In this document: one piece after another, positions 1 to 8,004 of the stretch | How the letters are laid out: each line of letters begins with the position of its first letter | Numbering within the stretch: the first letter of the stretch is position 1 | DNA from: Eubacteriales bacterium | GTDB taxonomy: Bacteria > Bacillota > Clostridia > Oscillospirales > CAG-272 | Length of the DNA stretch: 64,000 bases | Assembly: GCA_045658565.1 (NCBI GenBank) | Contig: JAZOVF010000030.1 | Location: 208-64,207, forward strand | Direction: 5' to 3' | Notes under the pieces: model-generated | Seen by the model: only the letters and a program-made list of their open reading frames with translations | What the model was told of the DNA's origin: nothing | The model's database searches: none | Position numbers and translations under genes: made by a program

Positions 1-125
1 TTCTTTTCTTTCATAAAGCAGAGGGTGGGGATTTCCACGCCTGCCGCACGGGCAGCTTCAAGTATTGTAGCGCCCTTGGGTACGCTTACAGCAATACCGT
101 TAACAGTTACATTTAACATTTCCAT
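1..125 (-). CDS. hydA: [FeFe]-hydrogenase catalytic subunit HydA, N-terminal 2Fe-2S (NuoG-like) part; partial, runs off the window start
   Basis: Not in the ORF track because it is partial. The reverse complement of 1-125 reads [41 protein letters not shown], with GGAG about 9 nt upstream of the ATG at 125. It lies 18 nt downstream of hydB on the same strand. Confidence 0.75.
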   Translation of the reverse strand, partial: MEMLNVTVNGIAVSVPKGATILEAARAAGVEIPTLCFMKEK

Positions 126-143
126 TTCAGCGTACTCCTTTCA

Positions 144-1970
144 TTACTTTTTGGAAATTGCACCGAACTTACAGCCTGCGATACAAGCGCCGCACTTGAT
201 ACACTTAGAAGCATCTATAGTGTAAGAGGGAAGCTTGTGACCGGGAGCTACATAGTCGGTCTTGGTGATACAATCAACAGGGCAGTTCTTAGCGCACTTG
301 CCACAGCCGATACACTTGTCTTGATCAATAACAATGGAAAGAAGGCTCTTACATACGCCTGCAGGGCACTTCTTGTCTACAACGTGAGCGATGTACTCCT
401 CACGGAAGAACTTAAGAGTTGCGAGAACAGGGTTGGGAGCAGTCTGTCCGAGACCGCAAAGAGAGTTAGCCTTTATGTAATTACAAAGCTCTTCGAGTCT
501 GTCGATATCCTCGAGAGTACCCTTGCCATCGGTAATCTTGTCAAGAAGCTCAAGAAGACGCTTGGTACCAACACGGCAGGGTGTGCACTTACCGCAGGAC
601 TCGTCAACAGTAAACTCAAGGAAGAACTTAGCCATATCAACCATACAGTTGTCTTCGTCCATAACGATAAGACCGCCGGATCCCATCATACAACCGAGAG
701 CAACAAGGTTATCGTAATCAACCTCTGTGCCTATAAGGCTTGCAGGGATACATCCACCGGAAGGTCCTCCGGTCTGAGCTGCCTTAAACTTCTTGCCATT
801 AGGTACACCGCCGCCAATCTCGTTAATGATAGTGTCAAGAGTAACACCCATAGGAATCTCAACGAGACCGGTGTTCTTTATCTTACCGCCGAGAGCGAAT
901 ACCTTAGTACCCTTGGACTTCTCGGTACCCATTGGAGCGAACCACTCAGCACCCTTGTGGATAATCTGAGGAATGTTAGCGAAGGTCTCAACGTTGTTTT
1001 CAACAGTAGGCTTGCCAAACAGACCCTTAACTGCAGGATAGGGAGGACGAGGCTTAGGCTCACCGCGGTTACCCTCGATAGAAGCCATAAGAGCGGTTTC
1101 CTCACCACAAACGAATGCACCTGCACCAAGCTTGATTTCAAGATCAAAATCAAATCCGCTGTCAAACATGTTTTTACCAAGAAGTCCGTATTTTTTAGCA
1201 TCGTCAATAGCCTTCTGGAGACGATTAACTGCGATAGGATACTCTGCTCTTACGTAAACGTAACCCTTGGTTGCACCAACAGCGTAACCGCAAATAGTCA
1301 TAGCCTCTATGATACAGTGGGGGTCGCCCTCAAGAATAGAACGGTCCATGAACGCACCGGGGTCACCCTCGTCTGCGTTACAAACAACATACTTCTGGTC
1401 TGCCTTGTTAGGTGCACAGAGCGCCCACTTACGACCGGTGGGGAAGCCTCCGCCTCCTCTTCCGCGAAGACCGGAATCAGAAACAACCTTAATAACGTCA
1501 TCAGGAGTCATTTCGGTAAGAACCTTACCAAGCGCTGCGTAACCGTCCATTGCGATATACTCGTCGATTTCATCGGGGTTGATTACACCGCAGTTACGAA
1601 GCACTATACGCTTCTGGGGCTTGTAGAACTGAGTGTCGTTAAGAGAAACAGTTTTAGCCGCTTCTTCAACGATGCCGTCGGTTGTCTCATCTCTGTAAAC
1701 AAGACGGTCAACAATTCTACCCTTAAGAAGATGCTCTTCAACAATCTCTTTAACGTCATCGGTAGTAACGCGGCTGTAGAAGGTGCCGTCGGGATAAACG
1801 ATAACGATAGGACCGAGAGCGCAAAGACCGAAGCAACCGGTCTGAACAAGCTTAACCTCTTCAGCAAGACCAAAGTCAGCAATGCTCTGGTTGAATGCAG
1901 CCTGAAGCTGAACGCTTCCGGAAGAAGTACAGCCTGTACCGCCACAAATCAGTACGTGTGAACGAATCAT
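144..1970 (-). CDS. hydB: NuoF-like flavoprotein subunit of the electron-bifurcating [FeFe]-hydrogenase (HydB/HndC type)
   Basis: 608-aa ORF with GRGGGGFPTG (FMN/NADH site), SLCGLGQTAPNP, and C-terminal CIGCGKCAKNCP and CIKCGACIAGC ferredoxin motifs. GGAGG RBS is present. Confidence 0.9.
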   Translation of the reverse strand: MIRSHVLICGGTGCTSSGSVQLQAAFNQSIADFGLAEEVKLVQTGCFGLCALGPIVIVYPDGTFYSRVTTDDVKEIVEEHLLKGRIVDRLVYRDETTDGIVEEAAKTVSLNDTQFYKPQKRIVLRNCGVINPDEIDEYIAMDGYAALGKVLTEMTPDDVIKVVSDSGLRGRGGGGFPTGRKWALCAPNKADQKYVVCNADEGDPGAFMDRSILEGDPHCIIEAMTICGYAVGATKGYVYVRAEYPIAVNRLQKAIDDAKKYGLLGKNMFDSGFDFDLEIKLGAGAFVCGEETALMASIEGNRGEPKPRPPYPAVKGLFGKPTVENNVETFANIPQIIHKGAEWFAPMGTEKSKGTKVFALGGKIKNTGLVEIPMGVTLDTIINEIGGGVPNGKKFKAAQTGGPSGGCIPASLIGTEVDYDNLVALGCMMGSGGLIVMDEDNCMVDMAKFFLEFTVDESCGKCTPCRVGTKRLLELLDKITDGKGTLEDIDRLEELCNYIKANSLCGLGQTAPNPVLATLKFFREEYIAHVVDKKCPAGVCKSLLSIVIDQDKCIGCGKCAKNCPVDCITKTDYVAPGHKLPSYTIDASKCIKCGACIAGCKFGAISKK

Positions 1971-1988
1971 AACTAGCTTTACCTCCTA

Positions 1989-2357
1989 TTAGTTAGCAGA
2001 TGCTACGGTATATTCCGTAACAACATTGCCACCCTTTAAATGTTTTTCAACAACCTCTTTTGCCTTGTCGGCGGTCATCTTGATGTAAGTAACCTTTTCC
2101 TTGCCGGCCTCATAGATCTCAACTATAGGCTCGAGCTGGCAAAAGCCTGCGCAACCGGTCTGGGTAACGCTAACCTTATCAGCAAGATCTGCGTTGTTCA
2201 CTTCCTCAACGAATGCATTGAGAACAGGGCGAGCGCCTGCTGCGATACCGCAAGTAGCCATACCAACAACTACTCTGATCTCACCGAGACCCTCCCTGAG
2301 AACAACCTTGTTCTTCATTCTGTCTTTGATTGCTTGAAGTTCAGCCAAAGATTTCAT
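1989..2357 (-). CDS. Thioredoxin-like [2Fe-2S] ferredoxin (HndB/HydD-like small subunit)
   Basis: Motifs MATCGIAAGA ... TGCAGFCQLEP. I prefer the ATG at 2357 (MKSLAEL), which has AGGA 8 nt upstream. The ORF track extends to 2402. Confidence 0.75.
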   Translation of the reverse strand: MKSLAELQAIKDRMKNKVVLREGLGEIRVVVGMATCGIAAGARPVLNAFVEEVNNADLADKVSVTQTGCAGFCQLEPIVEIYEAGKEKVTYIKMTADKAKEVVEKHLKGGNVVTEYTVASAN

Positions 2358-2398
2358 TTTCTTGTTCCTTTCTGATTTTAAACTATATTTGATTTTAA

Positions 2399-2947
2399 TC
2401 AAATCGAATTATACTGCTCCGCAAGATTTTCCTTTATCCAAAGAAGAACCTCAAAGGTATCAAGCGGAACATCGTCGAGCACCTCTCGTATCTCCCTTGT
2501 GTCAAGGAGAACTTTTAGCCCCTCGCCCGTATGTGTAAACAAAAAGTCAACCTCGGGGTGCCCTTGAATAAGCGTAGTTACTGTGGAAATAACATCGCCA
2601 AGAGGGGTAAAATCAATGTGGTCCTTATAGAATACAGCGGTAACTGTTGTGCCGTGGGAGTCGGGAAAGAGGCTTATGTGGTTTGACTCAATATTAAGAC
2701 TTCCACCCGTTTGCTCTGCGGCAAACTGTAAAAGCGGAATCCCCATTCCAACCTTTCTTGTCGTTCTTGTGGTAAAAAAGGGATTGCGAACGGCATTCAT
2801 GGTCTCGGGGGTCATTCCGGAACCGTTGTCTTTAATAACTAATGTAAGAATATTATCCTTTTCCTCAATCGAAATTTCAACAAGCGTTGCTCCTGCCTTG
2901 GTGGAGTTTTCGGTAATGTCAAGAATGTTAAGTGATAATTCCTTCAT
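2399..2947 (-). CDS. Standalone GHKL (histidine-kinase-like) ATPase with no DHp/His domain
   Basis: N-box NILDITENS, G1 DNGSGM, G2 GMGIPLL. GGAGG RBS. The start overlaps the end of the PHP gene by 20 nt. Confidence 0.75.
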   Translation of the reverse strand: MKELSLNILDITENSTKAGATLVEISIEEKDNILTLVIKDNGSGMTPETMNAVRNPFFTTRTTRKVGMGIPLLQFAAEQTGGSLNIESNHISLFPDSHGTTVTAVFYKDHIDFTPLGDVISTVTTLIQGHPEVDFLFTHTGEGLKVLLDTREIREVLDDVPLDTFEVLLWIKENLAEQYNSI

Positions 2948-3689
2948 TTTTATCCGAATTCCTCCTTTCGAGTATGCGGAACAGCTCTTTTCTTACCTTG
3001 GATGAGCTGTACGGCTCGTCATCAAGGTCGAAATAATTCTCCTTTTCTCGCATATCCGTTAAAACATGAGCATCAGAGCTTATAATAAAATTATCGGTAG
3101 GGATAGAATATGCTTTTGAATATTCCTCGAGCCGCTCGCCGTCGTGAAGCTCAAAAAGACGAAACTCCGTATCAGGCGGGATAGCACCGAGAATGGCAAT
3201 TATACCGTTTGAATCACGGTCTATGTGAGCGGGGTAGGCAATACCGCCAAATCCTTTCACAAGAGAGTAGGCCTCTTCAACTGATATCATTGTTGCGTTT
3301 GAGAGAAGATACTCCTCTTCCGAAACAAAGTTATCGTCTCCGTCAAGGATTTGCTGCCTGCCAAAGAAATCCGGCTTGTTTTTTACAAGATAGCGCTTTG
3401 ATTCAACATAATCGCCGAAGCGCATAGCATCATCAAGCTCTTCAAAAAGACAAACAACGTGAATATCCTCGGAGGTGGTAAGCTCCATTCCTGCAACAGG
3501 TATTATGCCATACCGCTTTGCTGCGGTAAAAAATGCCGGACAGTTTTTTGTGGTGTTGTGGTCGGTGAGGGCTAAAATGTTAATTCCGAGAAGCGATGCC
3601 ATACCGCAAAGATTGTTTGGGGTATTGTCATCATCGCCGCAGGGAGAAAGACAGGAGTGAAGATGCAGGTCGTAATAATATCGGTTCAT
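2928..3689 (-). CDS. PHP-domain metal-dependent phosphoesterase
   Basis: N-terminus YYDLHLHSCLSPCGDDD ... LTDHNT is typical of the PHP fold. The start shares one nucleotide with the upstream stop (TAATG). Confidence 0.8.
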   Translation of the reverse strand: MNRYYYDLHLHSCLSPCGDDDNTPNNLCGMASLLGINILALTDHNTTKNCPAFFTAAKRYGIIPVAGMELTTSEDIHVVCLFEELDDAMRFGDYVESKRYLVKNKPDFFGRQQILDGDDNFVSEEEYLLSNATMISVEEAYSLVKGFGGIAYPAHIDRDSNGIIAILGAIPPDTEFRLFELHDGERLEEYSKAYSIPTDNFIISSDAHVLTDMREKENYFDLDDEPYSSSKVRKELFRILERRNSDKNEGIIT

Positions 3690-4015
3690 TAAATAACCTT
3701 AGATAGCTTAATTGCCGCATCATAGCAGCTAAGCTCTGTTGAAAGAATGTTAACACCCTTTTCTGCCGCAAGACTTGCAACCTCATTGTCAAGAGTTACC
3801 CCCTCAGCAAGGAGAATACAGCCAACATCAGCAAGCGTAGCTACCGCAACGATGTTTGAATTAGACATAATAGTAATCCATACATTGTCGGATTCGGCAC
3901 GTCCCATAACCCAACTGAGCAAATCTCCGATGTAAGCACCCGAAATGTTGCGTTTGGGGTTAGGCATACATATAACCTTAAAGCCTGTGCTTTCCACAAA
4001 TTTTTCAGCAGTCAT
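3689..4015 (-). CDS. DRTGG-domain protein (second copy)
   Basis: Small alpha/beta protein, paralogous in layout to 5717-6073 (..NIVAVATLADVGCILLAEGV..). I prefer the start MTAEKF at 4015. The ORF track extends to 4063. Confidence 0.55.
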   Translation of the reverse strand: MTAEKFVESTGFKVICMPNPKRNISGAYIGDLLSWVMGRAESDNVWITIMSNSNIVAVATLADVGCILLAEGVTLDNEVASLAAEKGVNILSTELSCYDAAIKLSKVI

Positions 4016-4023
4016 AAACTGTC

Positions 4024-5286
4024 CTAACTGTCTTTTTTGGTTGCCGTGTACATAATTCGGCAATCCTCAAGACGAGCATTATTTTTGACCACGTCTTCCG
4101 CAAAGGCACGGCAGGTTGGCGCACCGCAGGCACCGCAGTCAATGCCGGGAAGTGTGGATTTTAACTTTTGAATATCTGCCATCATACGCATAGATTCAGC
4201 AAGGCTGTTACCAAGACGTGTGATGGGCTTGTATTTTGGCATATCTTCAAAAAGATAGTCTGCCGAAATATAAGTTTGTTCTTCCGGTAAAAGAGTATTC
4301 TGAGATATAGGTAAATATCTTCTGAGCGTTTGCAAACGAGCCTTGGCAATAAAGGGATTTTGTACAGTAAGTACTCCTCCTACACATCCGCCTGTGCAAG
4401 CATTAAGCTCAATAAACTCAAGGGGCGGAATATTGCCTGTTTCAACAAGGTCAAGCACGTGTATAACATTTTCAATTCCGTCTGCAGCAAGATAATTCTC
4501 GTTGAATATTGCAGTTGCCTCGCCGCCGGAGCGCGCCCAGCCAATGCCTATTCTTCCTGTTTCGGAAAGAAAATCAATATTATTATCCTGACTCATTTTA
4601 CCTATAAGGAGGAAATATACGTCTTTAATTGAAATTACCTCGTCAACGGCACTCTTGTAGTCACCAAAGCCGTTTTTTACATAGCTTACCTTTGCGGGAC
4701 AGGGGCTTATAAAGCAAACACCGATATCCTCGTCCTTAAGCTCGGGGTGATTTTCAAGTGCGCGGCGACGTGCAAATTTTGCCGCAATCTCCATAGGTGG
4801 GAGCATGTGAATAATATTGTCAGCAAGAGACGGAAAACGCAGACTGATAAGACGCATAACTACAGGGCAGGCTGAGCTGATAACCGGCTTTGCTACACCC
4901 TCTGTCTGCAAATAGATTCTGGTGTAGGCAGAAACAAGCTCGGCAGCCTTGGCTACCTCGTAAACATCGTCAAAACCAATCTTGTATAAACCGTCAATTA
5001 CATGGTTTAAATCCTCAAGATTATCAAACTGACCGTAAAGAGTAGGCGCGGGAAGAGCAATCTTCCATTTGAAGCGGTCCATATTAGATATTGTGCCGCA
5101 AACCGCGCGCTTTGCCTGGTGGGGGCAATATCTTATACATTCACCGCAGTCAATACAACGCTCTGAATCGATAACAGCATGACCGTCTTTTATCCTTATT
5201 GCTTCGGTAGGGCAGTGCTTGATACAGGTTGTACAGCCTGTGCATTTACTCTCATCGAGAAGAACCGAATGTTCGTATACCGTCAT
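4024..5286 (-). CDS. [FeFe]-hydrogenase-like Fe-S protein (2x[4Fe-4S] + H-cluster-type domain + C-terminal Fe-S module), putative sensor
   Basis: CTGCTTCIKHCP and CIDCGECIRYCP; SSACPVV, ISPCPAK and ELNACTGGCVGG at the positions of hydrogenase motifs P1-P3; C-terminal CGACGAPTCRAF. No PAS domain seen. Confidence 0.75.
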   Translation of the reverse strand: MTVYEHSVLLDESKCTGCTTCIKHCPTEAIRIKDGHAVIDSERCIDCGECIRYCPHQAKRAVCGTISNMDRFKWKIALPAPTLYGQFDNLEDLNHVIDGLYKIGFDDVYEVAKAAELVSAYTRIYLQTEGVAKPVISSACPVVMRLISLRFPSLADNIIHMLPPMEIAAKFARRRALENHPELKDEDIGVCFISPCPAKVSYVKNGFGDYKSAVDEVISIKDVYFLLIGKMSQDNNIDFLSETGRIGIGWARSGGEATAIFNENYLAADGIENVIHVLDLVETGNIPPLEFIELNACTGGCVGGVLTVQNPFIAKARLQTLRRYLPISQNTLLPEEQTYISADYLFEDMPKYKPITRLGNSLAESMRMMADIQKLKSTLPGIDCGACGAPTCRAFAEDVVKNNARLEDCRIMYTATKKDS

Positions 5287-5720
5287 TCAGCAGTCCCCTT
5301 ACAATTGATTTTCATAACAATGCGGGTGCCAACTCCTACCTCGGATGTAATATCCATCGTGTCGCTGTTTTTCTTCATGTTGGGAAGACCCATACCTGCG
5401 CCAAAACCAAGAGAACGAATATTTTCCGAGGCGGTAGAATAGCCTGCCTGCATAGCCTTGCTTATATCCTTGATACCGGGGCCGTGGTCATCTAGAATGA
5501 TTTCTATGTATTCCTCACACACGTGGACCTCGGCAACTCCGCCGCCCGCGTGGATGACCATATTTATCTCTCCTTCGTACATTGCAATAGAAACGCGCCT
5601 TATTATCTCGTTATCAAAGCCAAGCTGCCTCAGGTTTTTCTTAACCTGAACAGATGCCTGACCAGCAGATGTAAAGTCGTTTCCCTGAACGTCGAAGTGA
5701 AAAACTAATTTTTCACTCAT
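5283..5720 (-). CDS. Anti-sigma-factor-type Ser/Thr kinase-like GHKL ATPase (RsbW/SpoIIAB-like)
   Basis: 145 aa with YEGEINMVIHA (N-box), DDHGPGI (G1) and GFGAGMGLPN (G2). ATGA overlaps at both ends. Confidence 0.75.
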   Translation of the reverse strand: MSEKLVFHFDVQGNDFTSAGQASVQVKKNLRQLGFDNEIIRRVSIAMYEGEINMVIHAGGGVAEVHVCEEYIEIILDDHGPGIKDISKAMQAGYSTASENIRSLGFGAGMGLPNMKKNSDTMDITSEVGVGTRIVMKINCKGTAE

Positions 5721-6073
5721 TTTACAACCTCGGTAGTACCAACAAGACCGTTTGAATAAAGCAGTCCGCAGGTGGTGTATAAGGTTTTGTTAGTGCTCAT
5801 CATAACAATCCCGTTTTCTTTAGCGAGATTTATCATTTCTTCGTTAGGCTCCTTTGAGCGGACAAAGACGATGCATACCATATCCATCATCAGCGCAGTA
5901 CGTATAACCTGAGGGTTAACAAGACCCGTGAGCAAAACTGCCTGGTCGGTTACGTAAGCGAGCACGTCGCTCATAAGGTCGCACCCGAAAGCCGAAAAAA
6001 TCTGCTTATCGAGATTATCCTCACAGCACAAAACCTTAGCGTCTAGGAGTTCTTGCATTTCTGAGATCTTCAT
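5717..6073 (-). CDS. DRTGG-domain protein (first copy)
   Basis: 118 aa containing ..DQAVLLTGLVNPQVIRTA..MVCIVFVR... TAGGAAA RBS. 4-nt overlap with the next gene. Confidence 0.55.
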   Translation of the reverse strand: MKISEMQELLDAKVLCCEDNLDKQIFSAFGCDLMSDVLAYVTDQAVLLTGLVNPQVIRTALMMDMVCIVFVRSKEPNEEMINLAKENGIVMMSTNKTLYTTCGLLYSNGLVGTTEVVK

Positions 6074-6108
6074 TGTTTTTTCCTATCCTGAGAAGAGAGT
6101 ATAAAAAA

Positions 6109-6606
6109 TTATGCCTTGTATTTTTCAACTATGCCGACAACATCGTCGGTAGTAAGTCTGCCGTAAACGTCCTCGTTAACTGTAAGAACGGGAGCAAGGC
6201 CGCAAGCACCGATGCAACGTGAAGCTGCGAGAGAGAACTTTCTGTCAGCGGTACATTCATCACCGCCAATTCCGAGAACCTCCTGGAGCTTGTTGTAAAT
6301 ATCTCCGGAGCCCTTAACGTAGCAAGCGGTTCCAAGACATACAGCGATGTGATTTTCGCCCTTGGGAGAGAGAGCAAACTGAGCGTAGAAGGTTGCTACG
6401 CCGTAAACCTTTTCAAGGGGAACATCCATACCTTCTGCGATTTTGTTCTGAACCTCAACGGGAAGGTAACCGTAGATGTCCTGAGCGCCCTGCATAACCG
6501 CCATAAGACGGCTCTTGTCGCTCTTGTTCTGTTCGATCAATGCATTGAGTTTAGCTTCCTGCTCGGCTGTGCCGGTGAAGGGAAGGCTAGAGAGCTTTTT
6601 CAGCAT
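6109..6606 (-). CDS. hydC: NuoE-like [2Fe-2S] subunit of the bifurcating hydrogenase (HydC)
   Basis: VCLGTACYVKG ... CIGACGLAPV. AGGAGGAAG RBS. Confidence 0.88.
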   Translation of the reverse strand: MLKKLSSLPFTGTAEQEAKLNALIEQNKSDKSRLMAVMQGAQDIYGYLPVEVQNKIAEGMDVPLEKVYGVATFYAQFALSPKGENHIAVCLGTACYVKGSGDIYNKLQEVLGIGGDECTADRKFSLAASRCIGACGLAPVLTVNEDVYGRLTTDDVVGIVEKYKA

Positions 6607-6652
6607 TATTTCTTCCTCCTAATGTTAATAGATGTTTGTTGTACATACACCA

Positions 6653-6670
6653 TTGTTAATATTATAACAC
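6653..6670. promoter_or_regulatory. Candidate Rex (redox repressor) operator overlapping the -10 box
   Basis: The minus strand reads GTGTTAT-AATA-TTAACAA, against the clostridial Rex consensus TTGTTAA-N4-TTAACAA. One half-site is perfect and the other matches 5/7. Confidence 0.35.
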
Positions 6671-6689
6671 ACTTGTTTTTTGTTTTCAA
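6661..6689 (-). promoter_or_regulatory. Sigma-A promoter of the hyd operon: TTGAAA-17 nt-TATAAT with an extended -10 TG
   Basis: The minus strand reads TTGAAAacaaaaaacaagtgtgtTATAAT. The -10 lies 55 nt upstream of the hydC ATG. Confidence 0.55.
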
Positions 6690-6791
6690 TAGATATATAA
6701 TATTTTTTGAACTGAAAAAAGTGTTTTTTTGAAGAAATTTTTCATTTTTAATGTATTTTTAGTTAAATTGGTAATTTATGACAGAGAATAA

Positions 6792-6814
6792 GCGGCAAGA
6801 AACAATCTTGCCGC
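6792..6814 (-). terminator. Rho-independent terminator after yfcE
   Basis: GCGGCAAG / CTTGCCGC 8-bp stem with a 7-nt loop, followed on the minus strand by TTATTCTCT. Confidence 0.5.
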
Positions 6815-6821
6815 ATAAAGC

Positions 6822-7367
6822 CTATATAGTTGCTTTGAAAATCTCTTTTCCGAAAAAGTCCTTGCAGGTAAACGTGCGATTTTCGTAAACCATGTATGTT
6901 TTGGGATTTCCTGCCTTGGGGAGAGCGGCAGAGCCGGGGTTAAGATAAAGATTATCATTACCGAACTTCTCGCAGGCAAGGATATGTGTGTGTCCGTGGA
7001 GGAGAATATCACCCTTAGAAAGAGGGGGAGGTGTCGCAGTGTTATGGTGATGGCCGTGAGTCATAAAGACGGTTAGTCCGTCAAGAGAGAGCAGGGCGTA
7101 GTCGGCAAGGATAGGGAAGTTTAAAACCATCTGGTCAACCTCGCCATCGCAGTTGCCCTTGACAGTCATAATTTTATCCTTATTATCGTTGAGAAGTGTA
7201 ATAACCGCCTTGGGATTATATGTTTTTGGCAGGTCATTTCGGGGACCGTGATAAAGAAGATCTCCAAGAAGCAAAATTCTCTCACACCCCTCGTCTTTAA
7301 AAGCCTTAAGTACAAGCTCCATACTCTCAAGGTCGCCGTGTATATCGGAAGCAATAAGCAGTTTCAT
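6822..7367 (-). CDS. yfcE: YfcE/MJ0936-family metallophosphoesterase
   Basis: ASDIHGD, LLGDLLYHGPRN, GNCD, THGH and LHGHTH motifs. Confidence 0.8.
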   Translation of the reverse strand: MKLLIASDIHGDLESMELVLKAFKDEGCERILLLGDLLYHGPRNDLPKTYNPKAVITLLNDNKDKIMTVKGNCDGEVDQMVLNFPILADYALLSLDGLTVFMTHGHHHNTATPPPLSKGDILLHGHTHILACEKFGNDNLYLNPGSAALPKAGNPKTYMVYENRTFTCKDFFGKEIFKATI

Positions 7368-7477
7368 GAATCAGTAAAATCCTTTCATACATTTATAACA
7401 TTATTTTAGCACATGATATTGTAAATTTCAACCAATTTTCAGAATTTAATTATTTTTCAAAAATATTCAAAAACTAC

Positions 7478-7506
7478 TTGATTTTTTTGTTACGTTGTGA
7501 TATAAT
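7478..7506 (+). promoter_or_regulatory. Sigma-A promoter of rplS: TTGATT-17-TATAAT with an extended -10 TG
   Basis: Read directly: TTGATT 7478-7483, TGa at 7498-7500, TATAAT 7501-7506. Confidence 0.6.
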
Positions 7507-7512
7507 TTATTA

Positions 7513-7611
7513 CAACTGTGCGTATGCCTATTTGGTATACCGGTATATTATCAGGATGGTCCTCTGCCGTGCTCTGCAAGAACATCCGAAGTATAAAAGG
7601 AGGCCATAAAA
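7513..7611 (+). promoter_or_regulatory. rplS 5' leader of about 100 nt (possible L19 autoregulatory leader)
   Basis: Contains the TATACCGGTATA palindrome. GGTCCTC can partly pair with the GGAGGCC Shine-Dalgarno region. Confidence 0.25.
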
Positions 7612-7953
7612 ATGGAAAAGATCCAGGCTTTTGTTAGCGAGCAGCTTAAGACCGAGGTTCCCAGCTTCGGCATCGGCGACGGCGTAAAGGTTTACGTTAA
7701 GATCGTCGAGGGTGAGAAGGAAAGAGTTCAGATGTTCGAGGGTACCGTTATTGCAAGACATGGCGGTGGCATCTCCGAGACCTTTACTGTAAGACGTGTT
7801 TCTTACGGCGTAGGTGTTGAGAAGACCTTCCCACTCCATTCTCCCAACGTTGATAAGATTGTAGTATTCCGCGAGGCTAAGGTTCGTCGTGCGAAGCTCT
7901 ACTATCTCCGTTCGAGAGTTGGTAAGGCAGCTAAGGTTAAAGAGAAGATCTAA
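7612..7953 (+). CDS. rplS: 50S ribosomal protein L19
   Basis: 113 aa; ...[44 protein letters not shown]... is the classic L19 sequence. Confidence 0.97.
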   Translation: MEKIQAFVSEQLKTEVPSFGIGDGVKVYVKIVEGEKERVQMFEGTVIARHGGGISETFTVRRVSYGVGVEKTFPLHSPNVDKIVVFREAKVRRAKLYYLRSRVGKAAKVKEKI

Positions 7954-7971
7954 GATTTGCCTTATCGGTTC

Positions 7972-8002
7972 AAAAAAGCAGGGGTTTGTCCCTGCTTTTT
8001 TG
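7972..8002. terminator. Bidirectional terminator between rplS and the HIT gene
   Basis: GCAGGG / CCCTGC stem flanked by an A-run and a T-run. Confidence 0.7.
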
Positions 8003-8004
8003 CT

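Noticed and set aside
237-1961. A 574-aa ORF on the plus strand covering almost the whole of hydB in antisense.
   Set aside because: It is in the codon-aligned antisense frame of hydB. Stops in that frame arise only from sense codons TTA, CTA and TCA, and the strongly biased hydB avoids them. The predicted protein is low-complexity, with no RBS and no recognisable motifs. It is a codon-bias artefact, indicating a highly expressed gene, and not a gene itself.
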